From a virus (Duplodnaviria > Caudoviricetes), in the IMG/VR virus record IMGVR_UViG_3300036851_000157, positions 386 to 64,385 of that record: DNA of 64,000 nt; one strand, written 5' to 3'. The notes below the pieces were generated by a model. The model was not told where the DNA came from. It saw only the letters and a list, made by a program, of their open reading frames with translations, and did not search any database. The number at the start of each line of letters is the position of its first letter. Position 1 is the first letter of the stretch. Both the position numbers and the translations under genes were made by a program. Shown here one piece after another: positions 1 through 10,278 of this stretch.

Positions 1-464
1 CCCATACTCAGAGAAACTGTTAGCTCTTGAATGGTTCCATTTACTAGTGGAATGTTGAAGCCGAAACCGCTTGTGCTTCCGTCGGAGAAGCCTCCGATTT
101 CATCTGCTGAGTTTCCAACACCGCCAGATGTTGCAATGAACACCTCGCCATGGGCATTCACAGGAGATCCTCCTCCAGTCACAGAAACCCGAATATGAAG
201 CGTGATCGGACTGCCCGTGCTGTAGCTACCCAAGGTCTCTAGACCATAGGTGTATGGGAACTGATCTTCTGCCGATTGAACGTAGCTGGCATCGGAACTA
301 TCGGCTAACACTGGCTGAGAGCCAACAATGGTTGGTTCACCAAAGGGCCCTCCACCAGTATTCGCATAAGCCCCTGTAGGACGAATAATCTGAGATGAAC
401 AAGGTACCTCCTCGAAGCAATTTGCCAGCATCTTCGAGTTATCTAGTACGAGCTCGTACGTCAC
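1..464 (-). CDS. Minor tail / receptor-binding-like protein, runs off the window edge
   Basis: GTG at 464 after a GAGGAGG RBS; open to the edge (TYELVLDNSK...PTIVGSQPVLADSSDASYV...LHIRVSV...GGFSDG); similar to the middle domain of 483-2249. Confidence 0.75.
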   Translation of the reverse strand, partial: MTYELVLDNSKMLANCFEEVPCSSQIIRPTGAYANTGGGPFGEPTIVGSQPVLADSSDASYVQSAEDQFPYTYGLETLGSYSTGSPITLHIRVSVTGGGSPVNAHGEVFIATSGGVGNSADEIGGFSDGSTSGFGFNIPLVNGTIQELTVSLSM

Positions 465-482
465 CTTGCCACCTCCTCATCA

Positions 483-2249
483 TTATCCAACAAATCCGGC
501 ATTGTGTATCACTTGAGCAGTGGGGTCGACCGTTGGTGTCAAGTTTCGATCAATCAGATAGATAGTAGAGCTCGCGTCTCTAGCCCACACCTTGACGTTG
601 GCAGATCCCCACGTCCAGTAGAGTCTCGCTCTGTACCAAACCTCAGGAGTGAGGTTAACCGCAACGTCAGCAGTCACGCTTCCATCGTCGTACCAAGCAG
701 CTCTGGCAACGCCAGCTACTACTTGGGCCTTGAGAGTACCTACGTCACCACCAGCAAACTCGATGATGTTTCGGCTGACTCCATCATACGCATCGTTTTC
801 AGGAATGCTCTTGACCTTGAAGTCAACAAACGTGGTGAATGCTGTTTCTTGATCGATCGACCCTCCGTAGGTAGTTCGAATGTGCTGCTCAGCAACACCA
901 ACACCCGTAGTAGGGTCAGGACGCAAATATCTGTCACTATCAGTGTTGTTGATAATGACGATCTTGGCGTTGTAGACCCGAACTTCTACAGGAAGTTCCA
1001 CTGGATCCGAATTGAAGTTGGAAGCTCCGAGGAAATTGATGAACGCTCCAGCCTCTAGCGCAGCAACAACATCCGCTTCTGTCGAGTTGATCCATGCGTC
1101 CATCCGAAGAGGAATCACATAATCGACCGGCGTACCTACAACGTCACTCAGTTTGAAGGCCATACCTTCTTGAGCGCCGTCAGAGAAGCCACCAACAGTC
1201 AGTTCTCCTTCGACATCTGTGGAAATATGTACCTGAGCCTCAGCAGCGAGATTGTCCGGATCGTCGGGATTGATCGAACCGTCGATGGACATACGAATAT
1301 GCAGCTCGAGTCGACTACCTACTGTATACCCACCAGTCAGCAGAGGAATCGGGAACGTATACCCAAGATCTCCTTCACCAGACGTAACATACGTAGCGTC
1401 ATCGTCATCGCTAAGAATATTTCCCGTGCCTACAATCGTAGGTAGGGCTGCTGAAGCGTTGTCTTCCATAGAGGATCCAAGAATCGGAATCGTGACGATA
1501 TCCAATCCGTTGTTGACTACTCCTTGAAGAATGATCTCCGTGTTGTTCGTGTCTTCCGTGATGTCCTCATTTAGAACCTGTCCAGGATTGTAGCCCTGGA
1601 AGTCTGCTGTGAAGTTGATGCAATCGCTCTCTTCGTCTGGTGGCGGAGGCGGGCCGACCGAAAGAAGATTACATGGAGGAAGAGTTCCACCAAGAATCGT
1701 CGCAAGGAGCGCGTCGACGTCTGCCTCCCGCGAGTCGAAACTGTAATAGGACCAGATCCCACAAGCAGGAGTAGTCTTGATAGAAATTGACCGCGACTCC
1801 GGGGTGGAAATATCCGTCCTGGTCTGGTATGAGCGACCGGCTGGCTGCGCTTGAGCGTTGTACACGATGTGAAGACGGTATCCAAGTTCTTCCGTCTCAT
1901 CGTTTCCGATTCGAGTGACCCAAGCCAAATTGAACTTGATACGAGGGTTCATGTGCGTGTACATTCCCGGGTAGTCAGTGCTCTCATACACACCTTCACA
2001 CTGCAGAAACGCCTTTGGCGTGTTCACACACTGGATGTCGGCACCGAACTCCTCGGCCTCGATCTTCTCGTAGTACGGAACACCATCGTAGTACCACTTC
2101 TCAGATTCGTTCTGAGTCGTGGGGTTAATGTTGACGGCCTGGAAACCGTTCCAAACGTAAGCCCCACCGGTGTGCGGGAATAGAACGGCCTTGGAGGAAC
2201 CGTACTCGTAGAAACGTTCGCCTGGTGCGTCATGCACGAGCTCTGTCAT
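483..2249 (-). CDS. Major-tail-like protein with a long beta-rich C-terminal extension
   Basis: N-terminal ~195 aa parallels 2823-3704 (WNG, EEFG..I, PKAFLQCEG, T.IG.D, GY.LH..Y); acidic beta-rich C-terminus. Confidence 0.75.
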   Translation of the reverse strand: MTELVHDAPGERFYEYGSSKAVLFPHTGGAYVWNGFQAVNINPTTQNESEKWYYDGVPYYEKIEAEEFGADIQCVNTPKAFLQCEGVYESTDYPGMYTHMNPRIKFNLAWVTRIGNDETEELGYRLHIVYNAQAQPAGRSYQTRTDISTPESRSISIKTTPACGIWSYYSFDSREADVDALLATILGGTLPPCNLLSVGPPPPPDEESDCINFTADFQGYNPGQVLNEDITEDTNNTEIILQGVVNNGLDIVTIPILGSSMEDNASAALPTIVGTGNILSDDDDATYVTSGEGDLGYTFPIPLLTGGYTVGSRLELHIRMSIDGSINPDDPDNLAAEAQVHISTDVEGELTVGGFSDGAQEGMAFKLSDVVGTPVDYVIPLRMDAWINSTEADVVAALEAGAFINFLGASNFNSDPVELPVEVRVYNAKIVIINNTDSDRYLRPDPTTGVGVAEQHIRTTYGGSIDQETAFTTFVDFKVKSIPENDAYDGVSRNIIEFAGGDVGTLKAQVVAGVARAAWYDDGSVTADVAVNLTPEVWYRARLYWTWGSANVKVWARDASSTIYLIDRNLTPTVDPTAQVIHNAGFVG

Positions 2250-2260
2250 GGTGCCTCCTT

Positions 2261-2800
2261 TCAGCCATTGGAACCGGTCTCTTTAAGTCTCTGGGCATTG
2301 ATGCGCATAATCTCCTGTTGACGATTGCGTGCGCTCTGCTGCCTGGGTTTGTTATCGGCCTTGACGCTATGAATCTTGATTAACGTAAGAAGTTTGTTAA
2401 GGTGCCAATACTGGGTTTCCCAGTTAATACCGAACCCGTCCATCCAATAATAGACAAGTTCGGCTGTGATGGCTTCCCCACTTTTCGGTTCGGGCCGATC
2501 CGCAAACCAAGTGGCAGAAGCTTTCTTCTCAAGATACTTGGAAACTTGTTCCTGTTGCTCTTCGGTGAGTTTCCAGAAAACCTCCGGAGCAATATTAGGA
2601 GTCAAACACATGCATTCCAAGTAGCTAACGCTTTGTTCATCCGTTTTGTCTGGCGATGACAGAAGAGGAATCTCCCATTTCTCTTCCCATTTTGACAGAG
2701 AAGCCAGAGAATGCTCTAGCTCGATGTCCACAGTCTCGACGATAAACTTCTTGGTCTTCTCGTCGTAGGTGTCGGACACAACAACACTGAGTTTGAGCAT
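2261..2800 (-). CDS. Tail assembly chaperone-like protein
   Basis: Likely start MLKLSVV at 2800 after AAGGAAG; LEHSLASLSKWE and WHLNKLLTLI motifs; follows the major tail gene. Confidence 0.65.
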   Translation of the reverse strand: MLKLSVVVSDTYDEKTKKFIVETVDIELEHSLASLSKWEEKWEIPLLSSPDKTDEQSVSYLECMCLTPNIAPEVFWKLTEEQQEQVSKYLEKKASATWFADRPEPKSGEAITAELVYYWMDGFGINWETQYWHLNKLLTLIKIHSVKADNKPRQQSARNRQQEIMRINAQRLKETGSNG

Positions 2801-2822
2801 TCTCTGGCTTCCTTTCTGTCTG

Positions 2823-3704
2823 TCAGTACTCGTACGACCAGTCGGTATCGCCCGAAAGGGTGTAACCAGCTGCCGCATGGGCAGTGACCTCGGCAACTTC
2901 GCCGACAGCCAGAGCCGGCTGAGCACCAGTGGAAACGTCCTCGCCGTTGATCTTCCAGGTAACACCCGTGACCACCGGAATCGTGATCACGTGAGTGCCC
3001 GAGTTGTAGCTCGGCTGGTTGGCAAGAGTCAGCATGTTCACCACAGTCAGACCAGTGCCCATGGCGTTGAGGACCTCATCGGGAGTAGGCATGCGCGGGT
3101 CGACTCCAACCGCGCCCTCCACGATGACGAGCAGAGCCGCCAACAGGGTAGGATCCGCTGCGGGATCCGTACTGTCGATCGTCAGAAGTGACGTCGGACG
3201 AAGATCGTCGAAGTCCACATCAAGGAAAGCGACTGGCGTCGATTCGAACTCCCAGCTCAGGCTGGTCATCTCCGGGCTGTCGTTCACGGTGCCGTACGCC
3301 TTCTCCGAAGGAGAGGTCGTAAGACCGTAGCCGAAGTGATGCTTGAAACCTGCATCGGGGTCGAGGTCAGAACCGACCTTCGTCCTGTAGTACAGATCGA
3401 AAGGCTTGCGGGCCTGCTGGCCGACGGCAACGCCGTTGACGATCACAAAGCCGTCGCACTCGAGGAACTCCCTGGGGCACATATATGCCTCGACAGTTCC
3501 ACCAAAGGTTTCGGCCGCGCGAATCGCACCGTACACGATGTTGTCCGCGTACGTCTTGGTGTTGTCAGCACCAGCAGGGGTTTCGGTGACAGTGGTGAGA
3601 CCGTTCCAGGCCACACCATCGCCACCACTCGGGAACAGGATCCCGTGGTCAACGCCAGTCTCAAACTTGCGCTGACCCGGTCCGTCCCAGGTGAGCTTAG
3701 CCAT
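2823..3704 (-). CDS. Major tail protein with C-terminal Ig-like domain
   Basis: MAKLTWD..G.R.FETGVDHG.L, AWNGLT, YADN..Y motifs; position in tail module. Confidence 0.85.
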   Translation of the reverse strand: MAKLTWDGPGQRKFETGVDHGILFPSGGDGVAWNGLTTVTETPAGADNTKTYADNIVYGAIRAAETFGGTVEAYMCPREFLECDGFVIVNGVAVGQQARKPFDLYYRTKVGSDLDPDAGFKHHFGYGLTTSPSEKAYGTVNDSPEMTSLSWEFESTPVAFLDVDFDDLRPTSLLTIDSTDPAADPTLLAALLVIVEGAVGVDPRMPTPDEVLNAMGTGLTVVNMLTLANQPSYNSGTHVITIPVVTGVTWKINGEDVSTGAQPALAVGEVAEVTAHAAAGYTLSGDTDWSYEY

Positions 3705-3712
3705 TCTTCCTC

Positions 3713-4030
3713 CTAGAAGAACAATGTGAAAACATCGTGGTTGAGGTTGTCTGCCGGGAACGACCTGTTATGTCGTGCTCTGGGCAGTGATGCCAACAGG
3801 TCATACCAAGGACCCTCTGGATCCTCATCAATAGCTGTTAGCGTGTACCGCTTTTGATGGCGGAATGGGGCGTTGTCAGCGAACGCCGTATCCCCAACAT
3901 CGCGAGTAATCGCAATACAAGGATATGACATCTTCATGCCTTCCGGGGGCTGAATATACAACGCCGCTTCCAGTTCTTTTTCCTCAAGAATGTTCTTAAG
4001 GTACAACCGGAGCTGGTCCATTGTATACAC
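3713..4030 (-). CDS. Tail terminator / head-tail completion protein
   Basis: YIQPP...M.YPCI and DNLNHDVF motifs; directly upstream of major tail gene. Confidence 0.65.
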   Translation of the reverse strand: MYTMDQLRLYLKNILEEKELEAALYIQPPEGMKMSYPCIAITRDVGDTAFADNAPFRHQKRYTLTAIDEDPEGPWYDLLASLPRARHNRSFPADNLNHDVFTLFF

Positions 4031-4328
4031 CTCCTAGCCTCATGATTAGACGGGGATGCTGGACTTCCACTGAAGGAACTTTCCACTTAGTCCCCGCCCA
4101 ATCAACGTAGCGGATGGCAATGAAGTGTTCGTTGGCAAATGCATCTGCGACGATCTCGATAAGGTTCTCGACACCAATCTCGTCGTTAACCTTGTCTTCG
4201 GTACGAACCTGGCGTGCGACTCTTTTGACATCACCGAAATATGATCTCTCAGTGATAATATCCTTCCACACGCCAGGTCGTACCTCAGTAGAGACGCCGA
4301 ATCCAACCTTGCCGGCGAATCTTGCCAT
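3996..4328 (-). CDS. Head-to-tail stopper/connector
   Basis: MARFAGKVGF...PGVW...RLIMRLGGVYNG; directly after capsid gene. Confidence 0.65.
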   Translation of the reverse strand: MARFAGKVGFGVSTEVRPGVWKDIITERSYFGDVKRVARQVRTEDKVNDEIGVENLIEIVADAFANEHFIAIRYVDWAGTKWKVPSVEVQHPRLIMRLGGVYNGPAPVVP

Positions 4329-4340
4329 CAGCTACTCCGC

Positions 4341-6536
4341 TCAGTCGCGGGTGAAGCTCCACGTAGCGTCGAAGTTGTGCGGGAAGTAGTACCCGGTGTC
4401 CGGGTAAGCTCGCACATACACCGTCGCGCCCGAAGCGATCGCGGTCTGAGCACCAGCAGTCAGAGTCGCGTTCGTCTCGTCGTTCTTGTAGATCACGCCA
4501 GTGACCGAAGGAACCGTCAGAACACCCGTAGAGGTGACGAAGGTCGGAATGGTCGGAGTGACCTCAGTGCCGTTCGCACGCAGAAGAGCAAGCGCAGCCT
4601 TGTACTTGGTCAGAGCACCGGAGATCCGGGTCTCGATCAGGTACTTGTACTGGTTGTAGTCGATGTCGAAGTCATCAAACAGGCCGATGGCCGCACCCTT
4701 GTCCGCACCGACGGTGTAGTCGATCAGGTTGACGATGATTCCGAGGAGCTCACCGTCGTCCGTCTGCACACCCTCCATGACCTCGACGGTCACGATGTTC
4801 TTCACGCGAAGCGCAACCGCGACGTCGTTCTCGGTCGGGTAGAGGCGACGCCCCATCCGGTCCTTCTCGAGAAGGAAGTTCGCGAGCTCGTCGTCGGTGG
4901 TGTAGAACGTCGGGTTGCCCGAGCCCTTGTAGTACTTCCTGGCACGCAGGATGAGCTCCACCTTGTCGTCGACCGTGGCGTTGGCCGGCGCAATCACCTT
5001 GTGGGTGTAGACGTCGTCATCGAACGCGATGGGACGGATGCCTGCGCCGTCACCAGCAGTCGGCGGCTCCTTGATCTTGTCGTCATCGTCGACCTCACGA
5101 CCGTCACCCACGAGGATCGCACGAGCGATCTCCTCGTCGAGCATGACACGCATCTCAGCCTTCATCCAGGCCACCACGTCGATCTCAGTGATGTCGAGAA
5201 TGTCGTCGCGGTCCAGCTTCTGCTTCTTGTAGATGGTGGCCGGCGTGGTGACACGCTTCGACAGCGTGAACCACTCGTCCTTCTTCAGGTTGCCCTTGGC
5301 GTAGCCCTTGGCACGCGCCTCGTCGGCGGTAATGTCGGCCAGCATCGTCTTGACGCGACTGAAGGGAGAGTGACGAACGCCGTTGAGGACCCCGTCAACC
5401 CACTCGGTCCGACGCTTGATGAACTCCGGAGAGTCCTGAACCATGCGGGCGTCGGGGAACAGGTAGTCGATGTTCTCGATGCCGTAGGTAACGGCGTGAC
5501 CGAGATGGTCCGACGCTGCCTGGGCGAGGTGGGCACGAAGGCTGGAGACGCCGCTGCCTTCACGACGGGTATCACCCATCGCGGCGTGCAGAAGCTCCTG
5601 CATCTCATCGGGCCCCCAGCGCTTGTCGAGCTCGAGCCCGCTGTGCTGGAGAGAAACCGTCTGCCCCGGGTTGCGGGTGAAACCGGCCTGCTCGAAGACG
5701 TTTCGAGTCATTTCTTGTGATCCTTCCTGGGTGTGGGTGAGGTCGCCCTCGTGGGTCTCTTCGGACTGGGCCAGCGAGTCTTCTCCTTGAAGACCCAGCC
5801 CAACTGCAATCACTTCACGGACGAGGGCCTCCTGGTCCTCATTCAGGCTGTCCCAGATCTCCTGCTTGGTAGCATGCTCGATCTCTTCGGTCTCGCCTTC
5901 TCCTTCGTCTGACTCCTCCGAATGCTCGATCTCTTCGGACTCGTCCTCGACAGACTCCTCCGCTTCCTCCGACACAGCGGACTCTTCGTTCTCATCCTCC
6001 TCGACAAAGTGCTCGAGGTTGCCGCCCAACACGATGAACGCGTCGTGCTGCAAAGTTTCCACCTGATCCGGGTCCTCCGGGTCATCTGGATTGTCGCTGT
6101 GAGCGACCTGAACGTTGTCTATCTTTGCGCCGGAGTTAGCGCCAGAAAGAGCCAGCGACACCTCCTTGATGCCGCCATGCATGACGCGCTTGACGCCATT
6201 GACGATCTTCTCCTTGAGCTCGTTTGCCCAGATGGACATCGAGTCGAGGTCGCCGTGTTCAACGGTCTCCTTGGCGTGTTGCCCCTTGGGGGTGCCGTTG
6301 ATGTAGACATACCCGTAGGTACCGGCTCCATCGGGGTGGGACGTGTCTCGCTCTTCCAGAAGCACGTGGCCCAGGACATTCTCAACGTCCTTGTGACCGT
6401 GCTGCCAGACAAACGGCACCTTGGTGCCATTCTGATGTGCGAAAGCACCAGGCTCGATGACGCGGCCGTCGGTGCACACGATCCCCGCCTTGGTCACGTA
6501 GCCACTGAAGTTGGGCTTACGCTTTTCATTTCCCAT
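4341..6536 (-). CDS. Fused prohead protease, acidic scaffold linker and major capsid protein (HK97-type)
   Basis: N-terminal VPFVWQH, SMSIWA, IKEVSL protease motifs; acidic linker; MCP-like core (MLDEEIARAILVGDGR, FDDFDIDYNQYKYLIETR); strong codon bias. Confidence 0.9.
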   Translation of the reverse strand: MGNEKRKPNFSGYVTKAGIVCTDGRVIEPGAFAHQNGTKVPFVWQHGHKDVENVLGHVLLEERDTSHPDGAGTYGYVYINGTPKGQHAKETVEHGDLDSMSIWANELKEKIVNGVKRVMHGGIKEVSLALSGANSGAKIDNVQVAHSDNPDDPEDPDQVETLQHDAFIVLGGNLEHFVEEDENEESAVSEEAEESVEDESEEIEHSEESDEGEGETEEIEHATKQEIWDSLNEDQEALVREVIAVGLGLQGEDSLAQSEETHEGDLTHTQEGSQEMTRNVFEQAGFTRNPGQTVSLQHSGLELDKRWGPDEMQELLHAAMGDTRREGSGVSSLRAHLAQAASDHLGHAVTYGIENIDYLFPDARMVQDSPEFIKRRTEWVDGVLNGVRHSPFSRVKTMLADITADEARAKGYAKGNLKKDEWFTLSKRVTTPATIYKKQKLDRDDILDITEIDVVAWMKAEMRVMLDEEIARAILVGDGREVDDDDKIKEPPTAGDGAGIRPIAFDDDVYTHKVIAPANATVDDKVELILRARKYYKGSGNPTFYTTDDELANFLLEKDRMGRRLYPTENDVAVALRVKNIVTVEVMEGVQTDDGELLGIIVNLIDYTVGADKGAAIGLFDDFDIDYNQYKYLIETRISGALTKYKAALALLRANGTEVTPTIPTFVTSTGVLTVPSVTGVIYKNDETNATLTAGAQTAIASGATVYVRAYPDTGYYFPHNFDATWSFTRD

Positions 6537-6562
6537 TTTGACGGTTCTCCTTCCACTTCATC

Positions 6563-7150
6563 TCAACGGCCGTTCGATGCCGTTTGGGGTCGAGCTCGAT
6601 CTAGTACAGCTCTCAGTTTTGCCTCCACATCCTTGATCACTGACCGAAGATGCGCGATTTGCTCTTCTTTCGAAGGTGCTTCCTTCTTGTTCGGCTCTTT
6701 CTTAGCTTCCCTAGCCCTTTCTTCACGGGCTTTCTTAAGAGCCTTTTCGGCAGCGGCCTTCTGCTTGGCGGTTTTTGGCTTCTCAGGTCCATCGGATTTC
6801 TCCGAACCGCCGCCCTTCTTAGAAGAGCTGCTGGATGAGGTACTACTCGAACCCGACTTTGCTTCGGCGAGTAGCTTTTCAAGGGCCGCCCTCAGAGTGG
6901 TAAGGCGGCTTCGTAGGGCTGCAGCCTGCCGGGATGCAGATGCAGCTTGATTCGCTTGCGTATGCAAGGTAGGACCTCTTGACCGGATAACGCTTCCATT
7001 CGGACTACTTCCATTACTGGACTGCCCACCTGGTAGCTGCTGTCCTGGCTTACGGCCTTTGAGTTCCCTGTCTCGGAGATAACGCTCTCGACGAGCGGCT
7101 GGATCGTAGACGCCGGCGTGAACCAGGATGTCGTCTACACTAGAGGGCAT
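6563..7150 (-). CDS. Basic Lys/Arg-rich protein, possibly internal head protein
   Basis: Start MPSSVDDILVHAG; YDP...RERYLRDRELKGR motif; lies between portal and capsid genes. Confidence 0.65.
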   Translation of the reverse strand: MPSSVDDILVHAGVYDPAARRERYLRDRELKGRKPGQQLPGGQSSNGSSPNGSVIRSRGPTLHTQANQAASASRQAAALRSRLTTLRAALEKLLAEAKSGSSSTSSSSSSKKGGGSEKSDGPEKPKTAKQKAAAEKALKKAREERAREAKKEPNKKEAPSKEEQIAHLRSVIKDVEAKLRAVLDRARPQTASNGR

Positions 7151-8492
7151 TCTCATCCACCCCCAAGTCCTTGAATGCGTCGTCAAGAACTTTGTTCATC
7201 TCTTCGAAGAGATCTCCTTCAGAACCTCCTACTGCAGACGCTGCTGGAGCGGCTACAGGATGCCCATTTGCGTCCAGATCCGCAGCAGTGTTTCCAGGCA
7301 TGTTCGGGTTGCCCAACTTGTCAGCATTCGGATCTGTAGAAGGCTTGTAACCGAGCTTCGGACGGATCTCATTGGCCGTGAGAACCTCGTTTCGGATCAA
7401 CTTGTCCGCGATTTCAGCAATAGCCGAAAGCGGAAGGAAGGCGAACGGATCCCAGAAGGTCATGACTGACTGACCTTGAGTACGAGCAGTTTTAGTCAGG
7501 AATGAACGAATCATGCCTTGCCTGACAGCTGTGTACAAAGGCTTGATTGTTCGATTCATGTAGTTCAGCATAGCTGCTTCATCTGCGGAACCATTCATGA
7601 TCTCTGGAGTGAGTCCGAGCTGGGTATAAAGCAGATTGACCAAATACTCGATCTGAGTCATGAGACTGTTTTCTGCCGGTCGGTTAAGCTGGATCACCTT
7701 GTCTGTAGCATCGATATAGCCGATACCAAGCGGACTGTTCTTCAGCTGTTCCTGCAGATCCTTAGTTCGATCCTCAGCCTGCTTCTTCCTCGTTGCTCCT
7801 CGAACCGTGTACGGAAGCTGAACAAGAACATCCAACTTTCCGTTTGCCGATGCTTCGTCAACGACATCGAGAATGCTGAGCTTCCGAGTAAGTCTCTGAA
7901 GAACCGAAGATCCATCGTTCATCACCGAGAAGAACGGGTTGTAAACGACAGCAACGAACTTCTTCTCGAGAATCAAATCTCGACGATCGCCGATCTTCTC
8001 ATCCCAGACTGAAACACAAACATGCTGAGGATAGAACTGTCTGATCATCCCTACACGCATGTTAGTGACGTCCCAGCCACCAGATAGTTCGGGATCGAGC
8101 GTTGTATCGACTGGCACAATGGCGATGTAGCCCTCATCGAAGAGGGACATGTAGACATCGAGAAAGAAGGCGGCAGATGCCTGATCGACGTTTGCCTCGA
8201 CAGAGAGACATTCATTCAAACCAGACTTGATCGTCTCCTTGTATTGCTCGTTCTCGTCCAGTCGAACGTGACGAAACTCCACACCGGCGGCATCGACAGC
8301 CATTCGGACATAGATCGCAGTCAGGAGCGTCTTGTCATTGACGTGTCGCATCCGATTGGTATCGGGCCGTCCCGTAGAAGGTCCGTACCAAGGGGAAACT
8401 TGTGAAGAGTTGCGAAGAGATGTGGCTTGTCGGTCTGCTACGAAAGCATTCCAAGCATGCCGAAGCTGCTTTCCGATTCGTTCTCGTGCCAT
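7140..8492 (-). CDS. Portal protein
   Basis: 450 aa directly after terminase; LRHAWNAF, EANVDQ, QLNRP.EN, LTANEIR motifs. Confidence 0.85.
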   Translation of the reverse strand: MARERIGKQLRHAWNAFVADRQATSLRNSSQVSPWYGPSTGRPDTNRMRHVNDKTLLTAIYVRMAVDAAGVEFRHVRLDENEQYKETIKSGLNECLSVEANVDQASAAFFLDVYMSLFDEGYIAIVPVDTTLDPELSGGWDVTNMRVGMIRQFYPQHVCVSVWDEKIGDRRDLILEKKFVAVVYNPFFSVMNDGSSVLQRLTRKLSILDVVDEASANGKLDVLVQLPYTVRGATRKKQAEDRTKDLQEQLKNSPLGIGYIDATDKVIQLNRPAENSLMTQIEYLVNLLYTQLGLTPEIMNGSADEAAMLNYMNRTIKPLYTAVRQGMIRSFLTKTARTQGQSVMTFWDPFAFLPLSAIAEIADKLIRNEVLTANEIRPKLGYKPSTDPNADKLGNPNMPGNTAADLDANGHPVAAPAASAVGGSEGDLFEEMNKVLDDAFKDLGVDENAL

Positions 8493-8511
8493 GAGTCACC
8501 TCCTTCCTGTG

Positions 8512-10266
8512 TCATTCGAACATCTCCTTGTTGAGTTTCCAAGCAACGAAAGCGTCCATAAGAGCAGACACGTTATCGATCTTCTCCTCACGTCGCTTCT
8601 TGTGTAGCTTTCGATTGAAATTGGTGTCTTCCTCAACAACGGCGTGACTCATGCAGAACTGCATGAGAAGCTCATCAAACAAGAGGAGACGTTCTTCAGC
8701 CAGGTTCTTGATCTCTCCAAGAGGCACCGACTCTGTTCTCGAGCCTTGTCGGACTTTCTCCATGCCGAATGGGCCGTTCATGCTCGCCCATCGAGCAGCA
8801 AACGCATCGGCACCGTAGACGTCGTAGCCAAAAGTCACTACCGTGTAGTCACATTCTTGGATGTGTTTATCGAGATCGTCAAATATCTCGCCATCTATGT
8901 CCAAGATGGTTCCCGGCATGACGTGAAGACTGCCCTCTGCGACAAACTCGTCATACTTCTGACGCATAGCGCCGGGAAGACGAGCCATCGTTCTTTCTGT
9001 GATGTAGCTCCGAACCTTTACGCCAAACTTACCATTTCCGAGCGGAAACAGAAAGGTGAATGCACAGAAGTCATCACCCTGTGACAGGTCGGCACCAAGA
9101 GAACACGGTAGTCCCCAGAATTTACGCTTACGATGGGGCAAAGTATCTTCGTATGTGAAGAAGTATGTGTAGCCCGCACGTGGAATTCCGAAACGCTTCG
9201 CGAGGATGTCGTTTCGAGTCGACGGGGCCTTCTCAGCTCGCTCCACCGCTTTGTGGTACGTGGAATATGAGACAGTCTTGCCAAGATTGGGCTGAGCCTT
9301 AAGCCACATGTCAGGATTCTTGACTTCTTCAAGACTGTCAAGCTTGTAATGCCAGATAGAAACATCCGGAGCAACATACTCACCTCTCAAAATATCCTGA
9401 AGGGTCATCTTGATGGTGTCGCCGGCCCCGTTTCGAACCGTTCCTTCTGAACTAACAGCCACGATTAACCAATCGTCAACCTTGGATGCACCCTGCTCGA
9501 TAGCCTCGATAACATCCTCTCGAATGTCGCCAGAAAGCCACTCGTCTACGGTGTTGTACTTGGAGCGAAGTCCTTGAAGCTTGTCGATGCTCATTGGTCG
9601 CACTTCTAAGAGCGAACCCGTGAGGAAGTTCTCAACGCCCTTCTTCGTAGGAACGAGCTTCTGTCGAAGCGCTCGATTTCCCGTAGTGTTCTGAAGAGAG
9701 CCTTCAGTCAAGAACTTGAAGAGTGGCCCGCGTGCGCGCGTGATGGACGTGCGAATCGGACCGATAATCTCTTCTGCCTGCTTCATTGTTGGGGCAGTTG
9801 TGATCTGATGGGTTGTATGAGTGTCGATGTTCAACCCATAGCTCTGAATGCAAGACTCATACAAGGACTTTGCAGCTCCACGAGCCACGATTAGGTACTG
9901 CTTGTTAACTAGCCGGCGCTTCATTCGTTTAGTGATCCAACGAGTTCCCCGCCCATCAGGATTTGGAACGTTGTCGTCGATCTCTTCGAAGTAGTACCAG
10001 CCAAAAATGGACTCCGCCCAAAGCTTGAACGTATCCAAAAGTTCAAGGGGCTCACCGTTCGTAAGCGTGAGCTCCCCTTCGCAGTAACGTACAAACCCTT
10101 CTACTGCTTCGTCGTCGTAGTAGACGCGAGGGCTGGCAATGAGTGCTTCGATTCGATCCATCTCCATGAGAATCTCCCGGCAAACCGGAATATGCCCACT
10201 CAGGACGTTCTCTCGAAACTCGCCATAGTAAATCGGAGTTGCCCGATTAGATAACGTCATCGCCAA
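8512..10266 (-). CDS. terL: Terminase large subunit
   Basis: Walker A-like IVARGAAKS, TVDEW, nuclease GADLSQGDDF and KIDNVSALMDA. Confidence 0.92.
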   Translation of the reverse strand: MAMTLSNRATPIYYGEFRENVLSGHIPVCREILMEMDRIEALIASPRVYYDDEAVEGFVRYCEGELTLTNGEPLELLDTFKLWAESIFGWYYFEEIDDNVPNPDGRGTRWITKRMKRRLVNKQYLIVARGAAKSLYESCIQSYGLNIDTHTTHQITTAPTMKQAEEIIGPIRTSITRARGPLFKFLTEGSLQNTTGNRALRQKLVPTKKGVENFLTGSLLEVRPMSIDKLQGLRSKYNTVDEWLSGDIREDVIEAIEQGASKVDDWLIVAVSSEGTVRNGAGDTIKMTLQDILRGEYVAPDVSIWHYKLDSLEEVKNPDMWLKAQPNLGKTVSYSTYHKAVERAEKAPSTRNDILAKRFGIPRAGYTYFFTYEDTLPHRKRKFWGLPCSLGADLSQGDDFCAFTFLFPLGNGKFGVKVRSYITERTMARLPGAMRQKYDEFVAEGSLHVMPGTILDIDGEIFDDLDKHIQECDYTVVTFGYDVYGADAFAARWASMNGPFGMEKVRQGSRTESVPLGEIKNLAEERLLLFDELLMQFCMSHAVVEEDTNFNRKLHKKRREEKIDNVSALMDAFVAWKLNKEMFE

Positions 10267-10278
10267 CCCTCCTTTCGT

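Noticed and set aside
2261-2800. Programmed tail-chaperone frameshift
   Set aside because: No convincing slippery site or second overlapping chaperone ORF identified
4377-6950. Long plus-strand ORFs (447 aa, 342 aa) and other plus-strand ORFs in the track
   Set aside because: Antisense shadows of codon-biased minus-strand genes; no recognisable motifs
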